The notes: generated by a model not told the origin, from the sequence alone. Shown: positions 29,111 through 39,052, counted from the stretch's first letter. The stretch: 64,000 nt of DNA from Thermodesulfobacteriota bacterium (GCA_963675595.2 CAXXLZ010000002.1:1-64000); one strand, 5' to 3'. Translations and numbers: made by a program.

Positions 29111-29220
29111 AACTTCATCTCCTCTTTCATCTGGTTCCTCCAGGCTCTTTCGCCCGGAAAGCCGATCTTTACCGGCAAAGAGCCGTGAGCCAGATTATTC
29201 GGAGGGGGGCTTGAAGTCAA

Positions 29221-29499
29221 CTAGAAATGGTAAGATGTGACGGATCCGTGAAGCCCGCTCCACAATTTGGTGTCGTTTTCAGGCTGTCGACGGGCCCAGA
29301 AATCACCGTGCAACGCACCATTCCAGACCTGTTTTTCCGAAATTTCGACTTTCGCCGAAAATGATGGAAAACCTTGTCGATCGACATTAAACTCAAGTCG
29401 GTTAATCGTGCTGAAATGTTCGTTTTTCATGGCATTTATAATAACACCCGTTGAAGATAGTGTGACTTTCCCAACAACATTACGATTAGACATGGTCAT
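29221..29499 (-). CDS. Hypothetical protein (92 aa, AT-richer)
   Basis: ORF with AAGGA RBS; no recognised motif. Confidence 0.4.
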   Translation of the reverse strand: MTMSNRNVVGKVTLSSTGVIINAMKNEHFSTINRLEFNVDRQGFPSFSAKVEISEKQVWNGALHGDFWARRQPENDTKLWSGLHGSVTSYHF

Positions 29500-29565
29500 T
29501 TCCTTGCTTTTTCGTTATCCTGAGACCCTCAATAGAAGAAACTTCCGAATAAAATCGGGGAAGAC

Positions 29566-30306
29566 ATGAGGACACACTTTGAACGCAGTCTCAGAGACCT
29601 CCGGATGCTCCTGGTGGAAGCGGCCGGGCGCGTGGAAAACGCCGTCAGAGCCTCGCTGGAGGCCCTGCTGAACCGCGATTCCGGGCTTTCAGTACGGGTT
29701 CTGCGTGAGCACGGTCGAATCCATGAGCTTGAAGAACGCATCCACGAGGATTGTCTCAGAATGCTGGCCTTGAAACAGCCCAAGGCCGGTGATTTGCGTC
29801 TCATCGCCTCCGCCCTGAGAATATCATCCGAATTGAAGGGCATAGGGAACTTGGCGAGAAGCATTGCCGGGCGAGCCATGGACATCAACGACCATCCTCC
29901 CCTCTCCTATCGGGTGGACGTGGAATCCTTGGGATTCGTCACCCTCAGGATGCTGGAGGACAGCGTGACGGCTTTGGTAAACAAGGACGCCCAACTCGCC
30001 CGTGACGTGTGCGGCATGGACGATACGGCGGACCTGCTCACCTCGGAGCTCATCCAGGAACTCCTCAATCACATGGTCCAAAGCGCCCACACGGCCCCCA
30101 GGGCCGTTCAATGGATTCTGGTCGCCAGGAGTCTGGAACGCATGGCCGACCTGGTGACCAATATCTGCGAAGCCACCGTGCTCTACATTGAAGGAACGAC
30201 CATCAAACACCACTGCGCGAATCGACCCGCCCACCGTCGGCACCGAATCGGAGTGTCCGTCGATGCCGGGGGCGGTCCCTTGGGCCTGAGCACGCTTTCC
30301 GCCTGA
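29566..30306 (+). CDS. phoU: PhoU-family protein
   Basis: QPKAGDLR; two helical repeats (EL..IG.LA and LERMADLVTNICE). Confidence 0.9.
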   Translation: MRTHFERSLRDLRMLLVEAAGRVENAVRASLEALLNRDSGLSVRVLREHGRIHELEERIHEDCLRMLALKQPKAGDLRLIASALRISSELKGIGNLARSIAGRAMDINDHPPLSYRVDVESLGFVTLRMLEDSVTALVNKDAQLARDVCGMDDTADLLTSELIQELLNHMVQSAHTAPRAVQWILVARSLERMADLVTNICEATVLYIEGTTIKHHCANRPAHRRHRIGVSVDAGGGPLGLSTLSA

Positions 30307-30577
30307 GACGGGTTTTCTCGGCGCTCACTTTCCCACGCAACCGTCATGGAACGTCTTTCCGTCCGGCATCCCCGCCCGTCGCCCTCTTGAACAAACCGCT
30401 CTTCTTCACGGCACCTTACACATCCTCGGCGCCATGGGGTCCCGGTTCTGCTTGACAGCTCCGGACAAGGACGACTTCGAGTACTCATGAACCGGTGAAA
30501 AGTCGTCCCACGGTTGACATCCCCTGTCGCATTTTGTATACTTATGTAAAGTCGTATGGTGTTTTAGGGAGATCAAA

Positions 30578-30823
30578 GTGGAGATCAGTGAAGCGGCCAA
30601 ACTGGTTCAGGACGTATACGCGGTCCAGCCTGCCACCGGAGCTCGGAGCAACGAGCAACGGGAGACTGTGGGGCAAGGCTCGGCGGATCGTCTGAGACGC
30701 GCCGCGCGTGAAGCTTCCTCGAATCAGGGCCGTTCCCGTCGCAAAACCGCAAGCGCCTCGAACGAAGCCCCGGTCGCGGCTCGAGGTCCCAACGTGGGGA
30801 ACCGTATCGACATCATTGCCTGA
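30578..30823 (+). CDS. Small low-complexity protein ending GNRIDIIA
   Basis: GGGAG RBS, GTG start, own terminator. Confidence 0.6.
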   Translation: MEISEAAKLVQDVYAVQPATGARSNEQRETVGQGSADRLRRAAREASSNQGRSRRKTASASNEAPVAARGPNVGNRIDIIA

Positions 30824-30848
30824 CGAAGCTCGAAATTGAAATGATACG

Positions 30849-30876
30849 AGGGGGTGCCGCAAAGGCCCCCTTTTTT
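30849..30876 (+). terminator. Intrinsic terminator
   Basis: AGGGGG-TGCCGCAAAGG-CCCCCT followed by a T-tract. Confidence 0.75.
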
Positions 30877-30879
30877 ATT

Positions 30880-31187
30880 GGCGTTCAGGGACTGCTTAGG
30901 CCGAGCTTTGCTCGGCTCCATGCTCTTCCGGGTTCTTGTCGCGCAAGCCGCAAAGCCGGGCCTTCGGCCGTCTTCTGAGCGGGTACCGTGGCCCGCCCCT
31001 GCAATAGACGAAACCGAACTCGGGAGCATCCTTGCCGATTCAGCAGATGTAAGGAACGTTGGTAATTAGTGAGGAAACCCGATCTCCTCCGCAGCCTCTC
31101 CGTCGAAGGCGGTGAGGCCTGCTTGAGATGTTTGGAGGGGGGTGTACGGGGGGAACTTTTTCAAAAGTTCCCCCCGTGAATGAATAC
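30880..31187. repeat. Modular palindromic miniature element
   Basis: GCCGATTCAGCAGATGTAAGG and GAAGGCGGTGAGGCCTG modules; palindrome at 31147-31176; right end CCCCCGTGAATGAATAC. Left end approximate. Confidence 0.75.
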
Positions 31188-31189
31188 CC

Positions 31190-32335
31190 TCAAGCCGTCT
31201 TGCGCGCCCTGCCGGGCATGTCTTCTTCCGGCGCCGGGTATACGCAGCAATCCCGTTGTTGTTTGGCCAGGTACAGTCGTCGGTCCGCTTCGGCCAACAA
31301 GTCCGCCCCCGTTTCATGGCAGGTTGGATCGCAGGTGACCACCCCATAGCTGGCCCGCAGGGGGATGGATCCTCCGTGCCATTCCATCGGCGACTTCGCG
31401 GCTCGTTCGGCGATCTTGCACGCCGCCGCGAGCGCATCGGGCAGGGCGGCGTGAGAAAGGATGACCACGAACTCGTCTCCTCCGTAACGCACGCAAACGT
31501 CCGTACTCCGGGTATCCTCTTTGAGAATGCGGGCGAATTCCTCCAAGAGCCGGTCTCCCACCTGATGACCATGGGTGTCGTTCACCGCTTTGAACCCGTC
31601 CAAATCGATCATGAGACAGGAAAAGGGGATTCCGTGGCGGCTCCGACGGTTCATTTCCTGTTCTAGAACCTCCAGGAGATGTTTCCGGTTGAACAGCCCG
31701 GTCAAGGGATCCGTAGCCGCCTTAAGCTCCAGCATTTCCTGGTTCCAGGCTTTTTCGATTCCCAGACAGACCTTGCGCCCCAGGTGACTCAAAAGGCTCG
31801 TATCCAACTCGGGATGGAACCTTCCGGGATCGTGGCTCCCGATGTTCAGGCTTCCCAACAACTTTCCCGAAGAATTCAAAGGAACCAGGGCCATGGAATG
31901 CACTTCCATGACGGCGGACGGAAAAAAGAACAGCAGCTCCTCCTTGAGGGGCACGTCGGAAAGCGACGGATTCTCTTCGCTCACCATTCTCTGAGTCAAT
32001 TGATTCCCCTCAACCCATCGGAATCCCGAGTGTTCCACATCCGGTCTGAATTCCCGGCCCTCGGAGGATTGCGGATCAATCAGGAAGACCAACGCACGGA
32101 CTCCGAAGCGTTCCTCCAACTCCGCGATGACGCACTCCACCACCTCACGAACGCTCGAGCACTCGTACACCGACGCCTCGATATCGGAGAAATGATTCAG
32201 GATACGCTCGTTATCCACGACCCGATCGTAAATGTCTCCGATAGTGCGTCTCAGCTCCGTATTTTCCCGAGAAATGCGTTCGATGATGCGATGACTTGAA
32301 TCCACCACATTGTCCCGGCGCTTTTCCTTAGGCAT
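31190..32335 (-). CDS. GAF (DUF484-like) plus GGDEF diguanylate cyclase
   Basis: DPLTGLFNR, DLDGFKAVND, RSTD I-site, RYGGDEF. Confidence 0.93.
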   Translation of the reverse strand: MPKEKRRDNVVDSSHRIIERISRENTELRRTIGDIYDRVVDNERILNHFSDIEASVYECSSVREVVECVIAELEERFGVRALVFLIDPQSSEGREFRPDVEHSGFRWVEGNQLTQRMVSEENPSLSDVPLKEELLFFFPSAVMEVHSMALVPLNSSGKLLGSLNIGSHDPGRFHPELDTSLLSHLGRKVCLGIEKAWNQEMLELKAATDPLTGLFNRKHLLEVLEQEMNRRSRHGIPFSCLMIDLDGFKAVNDTHGHQVGDRLLEEFARILKEDTRSTDVCVRYGGDEFVVILSHAALPDALAAACKIAERAAKSPMEWHGGSIPLRASYGVVTCDPTCHETGADLLAEADRRLYLAKQQRDCCVYPAPEEDMPGRARKTA

Positions 32336-32391
32336 ATGCACGTCCGTTCTTCCGCGACGGTCCCCGAAACGGCGGGCGCGGCGGTTTGGGA

Positions 32392-33273
32392 TTACGAAAG
32401 GATCCGTTCGGACAATTCCAGGATATCGTCCCTTTTCTTCGACATCTTCAGCGCGAAATCGTCTACGACCGCCGCATCCAGCCCCAAGAGTCCAAGAGCC
32501 TCGGGCAACGGCGGCGGAGGATTGGCGGAGCCCGAATATCCGAGTTCTAGGCGCACGGCCAGGTAGTCCGCCACGTGAACCAAGGCGGTTTCCAGGGCGA
32601 AAGGTGCCGCAGCGGACGGCTGGTGGTGCATCTCCGTTGTGACGCAACACTCTTCAGGCAAGTGCCGCCTCTTCAGCAAGGCGGCGCCCATCTTGCCGTG
32701 GGAAAGATTCACGATCTCTTCCGCCTTGAAAAAAGGCACTTCCATCACGTCGGAGAAGGTCATGAGGTCTTCGATGAGCAAAGGATCCGCCGTAAGATAG
32801 GTCAACTTGCCCACGTCGTGGGCCACTCCGAGGCTGAACGCCTTTCGCTCCTCGGGAAGCTTGAGGGTTCGCGCCAGGAACTTGAACATGAACGCCGTTC
32901 CCACGGAATGAAGATCGAAACTCTTCGCGTCCAGGTTCTGAACTCGAAAGCCTTCGTCGGCCAGGGAAAGCAACGAGGCGCCGAATACCACTTCCTTGAA
33001 TTGGTTGAATCCCAGGATCACGATGGCCCTGCCGATGGAGTTCACTTCCGAGCAGCCGTAAAACGGAGAGTTGATGATCCGTAGGATCTTTCGAGCTATG
33101 GACGGATCGCTCTGGATATTGTCTTCGATTTGACGAATGGACGAAAGCTCGTTCTCGAGGGTCTTAACCACGGTGGAAAAGGCCGGGGAGAAGGAAAGCA
33201 TCCCCTCTTCCGTCGCCACCAGCCGTTTGAAGGCCTCGACTCGTTCCGGAGCCAACCGGTCGCTGAAATTCAT
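32392..33273 (-). CDS. HDOD-domain protein
   Basis: DPSIARKILRIINSPFY, AIVILG, HSV, AHDVGK, HGKMG, HHQP. Confidence 0.92.
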   Translation of the reverse strand: MNFSDRLAPERVEAFKRLVATEEGMLSFSPAFSTVVKTLENELSSIRQIEDNIQSDPSIARKILRIINSPFYGCSEVNSIGRAIVILGFNQFKEVVFGASLLSLADEGFRVQNLDAKSFDLHSVGTAFMFKFLARTLKLPEERKAFSLGVAHDVGKLTYLTADPLLIEDLMTFSDVMEVPFFKAEEIVNLSHGKMGAALLKRRHLPEECCVTTEMHHQPSAAAPFALETALVHVADYLAVRLELGYSGSANPPPPLPEALGLLGLDAAVVDDFALKMSKKRDDILELSERILS

Positions 33274-33335
33274 CTCATCTCAATCACGGGGGAACAATAG
33301 AAAAAGCGCCCCGTGCCCCCTTCAAGCGTATTAAA

Positions 33336-34104
33336 CAGGCCTCACCGCCTTCGGCGGAGATGCTCCTCGCATCTCCCGAATCGGCTGGGAAGCTACCTGG
33401 TTCGTGTCGATTCACAGGGTTGGCGGGGAAACCTCTTGAAACAGGTTCCCCCGCACCCCATCCAAAACTTATTGAGCGGGTTGTTCGCTTCCGCGTCACA
33501 ACCGGGGAGAGGTGCCCTTAGACAGCCCGTTGAAAAAGCCGGTTGCCACAGGTTGGTGAAAAACGATGACATGCAAGGCCCGCAAATCCCGAGGAAAGAG
33601 GCGTACATAGAAGCACGCCGCAGTGACGAGGGATGAAGCGCAACGCCGCAGGTCGCATTTTTCAACGGCCTGTTGGGAGACCGATTGCCGGGCGCATCAG
33701 GAACGGAGCCCTCGACAAGGGCGACCCGGTCCGCAAATCTACTCACCGCATGAAGCCTCTCCGCCGGAGGCGGCGAGGCCCGCTTGAAGCCTTCGAGGGG
33801 GGGACAGGGGGCATTCCGAGCCCCCGTTCTCGTTCCCGGCCCAACGCCGGCGACTGCGAGAGATGACGCTTTGGAGATATGTGGGTTTCCGAATGCGCAG
33901 TGTAGGGGAACTTGCGCGGAACGTCAAGAATTCCGCGCCCTTCGGTGAATACAATCCGGGAAAACCACACCGCGCTGTTGAAAAACGCGATCCACAATTC
34001 GTTTCCGTCGTGCCCCCCTTTGCCGAAGGCGGTGAGGCGCCCCTGGAACGCTTTCAAAGGAGGGCGCGGCAAGACTTCCTCGAAAGTTTTCCCACGCGAA
34101 CCCC
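33336..34104. repeat. Large cluster of nested miniature-element modules
   Basis: CAGGCCTCACCGCCTTCGGCGGAGA; palindrome at 33424-33453; MITE at 33522-33673; partial TIR near 33975-33990; GAAGGCGGTGAGG near 34025. Confidence 0.75.
33522..33673. mobile_element. 152-bp non-autonomous MITE
   Basis: 16-bp TIR ACAGCCCGTTGAAAAA / ACAGGCCGTTGAAAAA; the matching empty site is visible at 4181-4203. Confidence 0.85.
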
Positions 34105-34156
34105 ACAACAACACTTGACCTCGCAGATCAAAATTGCTAATAGCAACTACCCTCTC

Positions 34157-34249
34157 GGAGGGATGGCCGAGTGGTTTAAGGCGGCGGTCTTGAAAACCGT
34201 TGTCCCGTGATGAGCGGGGCCGTGGGTTCGAATCCTACTCCCTCCGCCA
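34157..34249 (+). tRNA. tRNA-Ser (anticodon TGA)
   Basis: GGAGGGA/TCCCTCC acceptor stem with GCCA; CT-TGA-AA loop; long variable arm; GGTTCGAATCC. Confidence 0.97.
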
Positions 34250-34273
34250 ATCACTCAAAATCGTAGCGTTCGC

Positions 34274-34368
34274 GGAGAGATGGCCGAGTCGGCTGAAGGC
34301 GCTCGCCTGCTAAGCGAGTGTAGGGGCAAAAACCTCTACCGAGGGTTCGAATCCCTCTCTCTCCGCCA
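34274..34368 (+). tRNA. tRNA-Ser (anticodon GCT)
   Basis: GGAGAGA/TCTCTCC acceptor stem with GCCA; CT-GCT-AA loop; long variable arm. Confidence 0.97.
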
Positions 34369-34379
34369 TTTTGATATCC

Positions 34380-34409
34380 AAGCCGCCACCTCGTGGCGGC
34401 TTTTTTTTT
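34380..34409 (+). terminator. tRNA operon terminator
   Basis: AAGCCGCCAC-CTC-GTGGCGGCTT followed by a T-tract. Confidence 0.9.
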
Positions 34410-34648
34410 GCTTGGAAGCCCGAGCGTATCCCCGCCTGTTGGGCGTGCCGTTACTTCTCAAGTCCCCTGCGCACACCTCGCTCCCTCGTTTGATCCGGTA
34501 CCCCTGGAGCTTGCACCGAATCCTGGCCTGTGGTCATCATAGGACGGCCGCACGGCCATGGGTCGTGCTCAACGTGGATGTGGGCGGGTATGTGGTAGGG
34601 CGGAGTACGGAGAAGGTATGGGAAAAACCGGGTAAGCGAACATCATTT

Positions 34649-36526
34649 TCATCTGAAGGCAGACTGAATCGCAGTGACCATCTTCTGCCAGAACGGAGGA
34701 AGATCATAATACTTTTCTTCCATGTATGACATTAACCGCTCGTTGTCTGTTTTCAACGTGAGGATGCCCAATGGCAGACCCGCTTCGACAACAACGGGGG
34801 ATCGTTCTTCGCCGGCCTGGTTGCGTTCTTGATTATCAAGGACCTTGTTGACGGACTCCTGAAGAGCGATCAATCGCTCGGTGATCTCTTTGCCGTCTTC
34901 TTGAGGATCGATGTTCAACAACTTCAGCAAAGAAACGTCGTTGGAGAGGGCCTCTACACCCTTTATGATGATCCGATTTGGGCCGTACTTTTCACTGAGG
35001 GCTGAAAGAACCAGACGCGCCGTGAACAGGCCGGATGGCTCCAAGGGGGCGTGGAGTATGATTTCATGGATATGTTCAAGGTGCGCGTACAACCTCTCGA
35101 AATCCTTTTCAGCAAATGGAATCTTCTTGCCTGCCCTGACAATGTAGTCGCACTTGATGTCTTTAATGATCCATCGTGAGAGATTCGTATCCGTGAGGTT
35201 CGCTCCGGAGAGATCCGCGCCCGCCAAAACAGCTCGTGTCAGGTCGGCATCACGAAGGTCCGCTATTTTGAGGTTCGCTCCGCTGAGGTCTGCTCTTTTC
35301 AGGTCCGCAGCGCTGAGGGCCACGTCACGGAGATTCACATTGCTGAGGTCGGCATTGTCGAGTTTGGCTCCGCTAAGATTCACTCTGCTGAGGTTCGCAC
35401 TTTTGAGATTCGCATCTTTCAAGTTCGCTTCCTTGAGTTTCGCCCTGCTGAGGTTCGCTCGGTTTAGATCTGCTGCTATTAGTTCCGCACCAGTTAGGTC
35501 CGCAAGAAATAAGTTAGCCTGCGTCAGGTTAGTTCGAAATAGGAATGCCTTGTTGAGGTTGGCCTCTTCAAGGTTTGCCTTTTCTAAAGATGCGTCCATC
35601 AGTTTTGTTTCACTGAGGTTCGCCAACCTAAGGTCCGCTTCGTTCAGAGATGCTTGATGCAGGTTCGACCGGAAAAGGTCAGCCGAAATCAGGTTCGCGT
35701 TGTCGAGTTTGGCTCCCCCGAGGTCAGCTCCAACGAAGTTCACCTTACCGCATTTTGCTACCGCAAGTTGCACCTTGCTGAGGTTCGCCCCGCTGAAGTC
35801 CGCCTCTCTCAGGTCTGCTCCCCTGAAGTCCATTCCGCTGAAGTCCATTCCGCTAAGATTCGCCTTCCTGAGATTCGCTTGGCTGAGATGGCCGCACAAC
35901 CTGGTATTTCTCAGGTCCAACCCGCTGAAGTTCGTTCCGGTGAGCACCGTCGAAACGAAAGATGCTCCGTCGGGCTCCGCCTCGCGGAGGTCCGCGTTGC
36001 TGAGGTTCGTTTCACTGAAGTCTACTCCCTTGAGGTCCGCTCCCCTGAGATCCGCTCCCCTGAGATCCGCTCCCCTAAGATCCGTGCCGACGATGCTGGC
36101 CCCTTTAAGGTTTGTTTTTCGGAGGTACGAATGGCTGAGATGCGCTGCGTCCAAGTTCGCCTCACAAAGGGTAGCACTGCGGAGTGTCGCTCCTGTCAAG
36201 ATTGCCTCACGAAATTCCGCCTTGTTAAGATTCGCTCCTTTGAGGTTTGCACCAATTAGATACGCCCCAAAGAGGTTTGCCCCAGAAAGATTCGCTTGCC
36301 TGAAGCCAGCTCCATCAAGTGCCCCTTCGCACAAGTTCACTTGGCAGAGTTTTGCTTTTCGGAGTTTAGCTCCCCTGAGTTTGGCTTTGCTGAGATTTGC
36401 CGAGTTGAGGTTGGCCTCGTTGAGGTCCGCCTTGCATAGGTCCCACACTCCTTCCGGCATCGGGCCCTGAGCAGCGCCCAGCTCAACGAGTTTCCGCCAA
36501 GTCTCTTCTCGGGTCACGGCAACCAT
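34649..36526 (-). CDS. Very long pentapeptide-repeat protein with a roughly 175-aa unique C-terminal domain
   Basis: About 85 A(D/N)Lxx repeats (35174-36442, estimated from coordinates); probable start MVAVTREETW. Confidence 0.92.
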   Translation of the reverse strand: MVAVTREETWRKLVELGAAQGPMPEGVWDLCKADLNEANLNSANLSKAKLRGAKLRKAKLCQVNLCEGALDGAGFRQANLSGANLFGAYLIGANLKGANLNKAEFREAILTGATLRSATLCEANLDAAHLSHSYLRKTNLKGASIVGTDLRGADLRGADLRGADLKGVDFSETNLSNADLREAEPDGASFVSTVLTGTNFSGLDLRNTRLCGHLSQANLRKANLSGMDFSGMDFRGADLREADFSGANLSKVQLAVAKCGKVNFVGADLGGAKLDNANLISADLFRSNLHQASLNEADLRLANLSETKLMDASLEKANLEEANLNKAFLFRTNLTQANLFLADLTGAELIAADLNRANLSRAKLKEANLKDANLKSANLSRVNLSGAKLDNADLSNVNLRDVALSAADLKRADLSGANLKIADLRDADLTRAVLAGADLSGANLTDTNLSRWIIKDIKCDYIVRAGKKIPFAEKDFERLYAHLEHIHEIILHAPLEPSGLFTARLVLSALSEKYGPNRIIIKGVEALSNDVSLLKLLNIDPQEDGKEITERLIALQESVNKVLDNQERNQAGEERSPVVVEAGLPLGILTLKTDNERLMSYMEEKYYDLPPFWQKMVTAIQSAFR

Positions 36527-36642
36527 CCTCTGCTTTGGGAGTGGGAAAACGGGTGGAATTGAGAATTTCTTAACGCAAATCGGCTGAGAAGGAAAGAATG
36601 AATTGGAATCTGGAGACACCGAATAGATTCTTGAGAAAGACC

Positions 36643-36942
36643 ATGGAAAAACACGTCGACCTTCTCATCGCCGCGGGCTCCCTCGTGTACACCGTCGTGA
36701 ACGGCCTTATCGCCTACATCCGGGTGAGCAAGTGGAACGACATCAAGGAAGTGCTCAAAGACCCGAAGGAAACAATGGGGAGGAAGGTTGACGAGGCCCA
36801 ATGCCTCCAATGGCGGAAGCGTCAGTGCCGAAAACTCTCCGGCCTCGAGGCCCGGCTCAACAAGGAGGACTACGAGCTGGGGGAAGCCGTCAATCGGCAT
36901 TCCCACGAATGGCTGCCGGGAGAAGGGAGGGTGGTGAGGTGA
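36643..36942 (+). CDS. Small protein with N-terminal TM helix and coiled coil (possible phage remnant)
   Basis: MEKHVDLLIAAGSLVYTVVNGLIAYIR...; GC3-rich codons; a decayed paralog lies downstream. Confidence 0.6.
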   Translation: MEKHVDLLIAAGSLVYTVVNGLIAYIRVSKWNDIKEVLKDPKETMGRKVDEAQCLQWRKRQCRKLSGLEARLNKEDYELGEAVNRHSHEWLPGEGRVVR

Positions 36943-36977
36943 GGGGTGAACTTCTTATGCGAAAGCCCGGAACTTCC

Positions 36978-38276
36978 TGTCAAGCCCCCGGTTTTTGGTC
37001 CAGCAATTATGAGAGTTTTTCTCAAGGCCCTGTGATTTCTGTGCTTGGTCCTTGGGGCATCGGCGAAGCCGAGCAAAGCGAGGCGGAGTCGATGCCCCAA
37101 GGATCGGCCGCGAACCGGGCCGGGGTCATATAATTCAACGCACTGTGCGGTCTTTCCTCGTTATAGGCTTTCCTCCATTTGGCGGACAGAATTTGCGCTT
37201 CCTTGATATTATTCAAAACCTCCACGTTCAAAAATTCATCCCGAAATCGGCTGTTGAAGCTTTCCACATAGCCGTTCTGCCAGGGAGCCCCCGGTTCGAT
37301 GAATAGGGCTTCCACTTCCAGGTCTTTCAGCCAATTTCTCACCCTCTTGGCTATGAATTCCGGACCGTTATCCGATCGAATCCCTTTTGGAACTCCCCGC
37401 ACGCCCATCAACCGACTTAGTTCGTCCAAAACCTCATCACCCGTGATGGAACGGTCGATCCTCAAGGCCAGGTTTTCCCGGGTAAACTCGTCGACAATGG
37501 CCAAGCACTTGAAATGACGGCCGTCGGCCAGGCGATCATGAATGAAATCCAACGTCCAGACATCATTTGGAAAAGTCGCCTTTCGTTTGTGGCACGCGTT
37601 GGCATCGACTCCCAGGAATCGTTTCTTCCGGGCTCTTCGAGGCACCTTGAATCCTTCTCGTTTCCAAAGTCGGTGGACTCGCTTGTAGTTCACTACCCAT
37701 CCCGCTTCACGCAGCAGACGGGTGATCCGACGACATCCAAAACGAGGATGCTCTCCAACCAACCGGTGAAGGTCCTTGATCAATTCCTCCTCATCATCCA
37801 ACTCCTTCGGCCGATAACGTTGGGTGGATCGATGTTGGCCGGTTATTCGACAGGCCCGACGCTCTGAAGCGGCATGTTCCCTTCGAACATGCTCAACCGC
37901 TTTCCTGCGACGCGCCGGGCTTAGAAGTTTCCCTCCGCAAGGTCCTTGAGCATTGCTTTGTCCAACATCAGGTCGGCCACCAGCTTCTTCAAACGGGCAT
38001 TCTCTCTTTCCAGTTGTTTGAGCCTCTTAGCCTCCTCAGCCTTCATACCCCCATACTGGTTTCGCCATCGGTGGTACGTCGCCTCGCTCACCTCCAGGAA
38101 CTGGCAGACCTGCGCTATGGTCTGCCCAGCGGTCAGCCGACGGTCCGCTTCTTCCAGTTTCCGCACAATTTGCTCCGCGCTATGTCTCTTTCGCTTGGCC
38201 ATGCAATCCGTCTCCTTCCCTTTTCTTGGGCTTCAGACTCTCATTATACATGGACCAATTATCGGGAGGCATTCCA
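36978..38276 (-). mobile_element. IS3-family element (IS407-group-like), 1299 bp
   Basis: TG...CA ends with imperfect TIRs sharing TTGGTCCA...ATGAGAGT; 4-bp TSD TTCC on both sides. Confidence 0.93.
37022..38202 (-). CDS. IS3 transposase OrfAB (OrfA 37921-38202; OrfB by -1 frameshift)
   Basis: OrfA HTH ending AEGNF with GGGAAAC slippery site (37927-37933); OrfB WTLDF, SDNGPEF, PWQNGYVESFN. Confidence 0.93.
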
Positions 38277-38336
38277 TTCCCATTTATTCGCGCGATATGT
38301 CCGTAAGGATTTATCGCGTCAAGCGGGGACTGGGTA

Positions 38337-38543
38337 TTACGACTTGCTTTCTTCTAAAGACTTGGCCCATTCGGAGGCCAATTCCCCGGCTTCATCTTCC
38401 GAAATCTCAACGGACTTCGATTCGATTTTGACGCGGCTTTCCGAGTCGTCTATCTTCACCCAGTTGTCGCCGTCCATTCGGAAGAGATTGAAATCGTCAT
38501 CTCGTACAAAAGGAACGCCGTCCAGTTCCATAAAGATCGGCAT
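38337..38543 (-). CDS. Small acidic hypothetical protein (68 aa)
   Basis: AGGAGGTGA RBS before MPIFMELDGVPF. Confidence 0.55.
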   Translation of the reverse strand: MPIFMELDGVPFVRDDDFNLFRMDGDNWVKIDDSESRVKIESKSVEISEDEAGELASEWAKSLEESKS

Positions 38544-38879
38544 TTCATCACCTCCTTCTTCCAACATTTTGGCGGTTGAAGCATCTGCCGGCAAGCGCCG
38601 TGCACGATGAGAGACAATGCATCCTAATTCAAATTTCACGATGAGCGTCGGGTGGAATAGGAACGACCGGCCCCTAAAATGGGGGACCGCCTATTGAAAA
38701 TCTGGGTTCCACCGCGCTTTTCAGGCTAGGGCAATCTTATGGAGCAAATTTTTTCTCATGCAGAAGAGCGATAAGCGCCAGAAGCTCCTTTCACCTCGCC
38801 CTTCTCACCACGGGAATCAAATCATCCAGCTCTTGCACGCCCTCCGGGATCGGCGGATATGCGGGCGCGGACATACCAC

Positions 38880-39016
38880 CGGAATGCAGAGAATACCGCC
38901 TGCTCGGACCGCACCCATCGGTATGGAAGGACGACTCTCGAAAGAGGATCGGAAGCTGTAGAATGCCACCCATGGTTACACCTGAAGGCATCCCCGGGGA
39001 AGGGAGGGTGGTGAGG
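38880..39016 (+). pseudogene. Decayed paralog of the 36643-36942 ORF
   Basis: ECREYR / GMEGRLSKEDRKL* / PGEGRVVR versus QCLQWR / GLEARLNKEDYEL / PGEGRVVR; 18-bp identical repeat (36922-36939, 38999-39016). Confidence 0.6.
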
Positions 39017-39052
39017 AAATCGTGATCCCAAAAGCAGTGCCGGTCGTTCTCC

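Noticed and set aside
30547-30575. Possible sigma28 promoter before the 81-aa ORF
   Set aside because: TAAA is present but there is no GCCGATAA-like -10 at the right spacing.
34157-34249. Long-arm tRNA considered as tRNA-Sec, given the nearby selenoprotein
   Set aside because: The anticodon is TGA (Ser), not TCA, and the acceptor stem is a standard 7 bp.
35154-36470. Periodic 15-bp repeats and repetitive plus-strand ORFs, considered as a CRISPR or tandem array
   Set aside because: Periodicity is the pentapeptide coding pattern on the minus strand; no repeat-spacer structure and no cas genes in the window.
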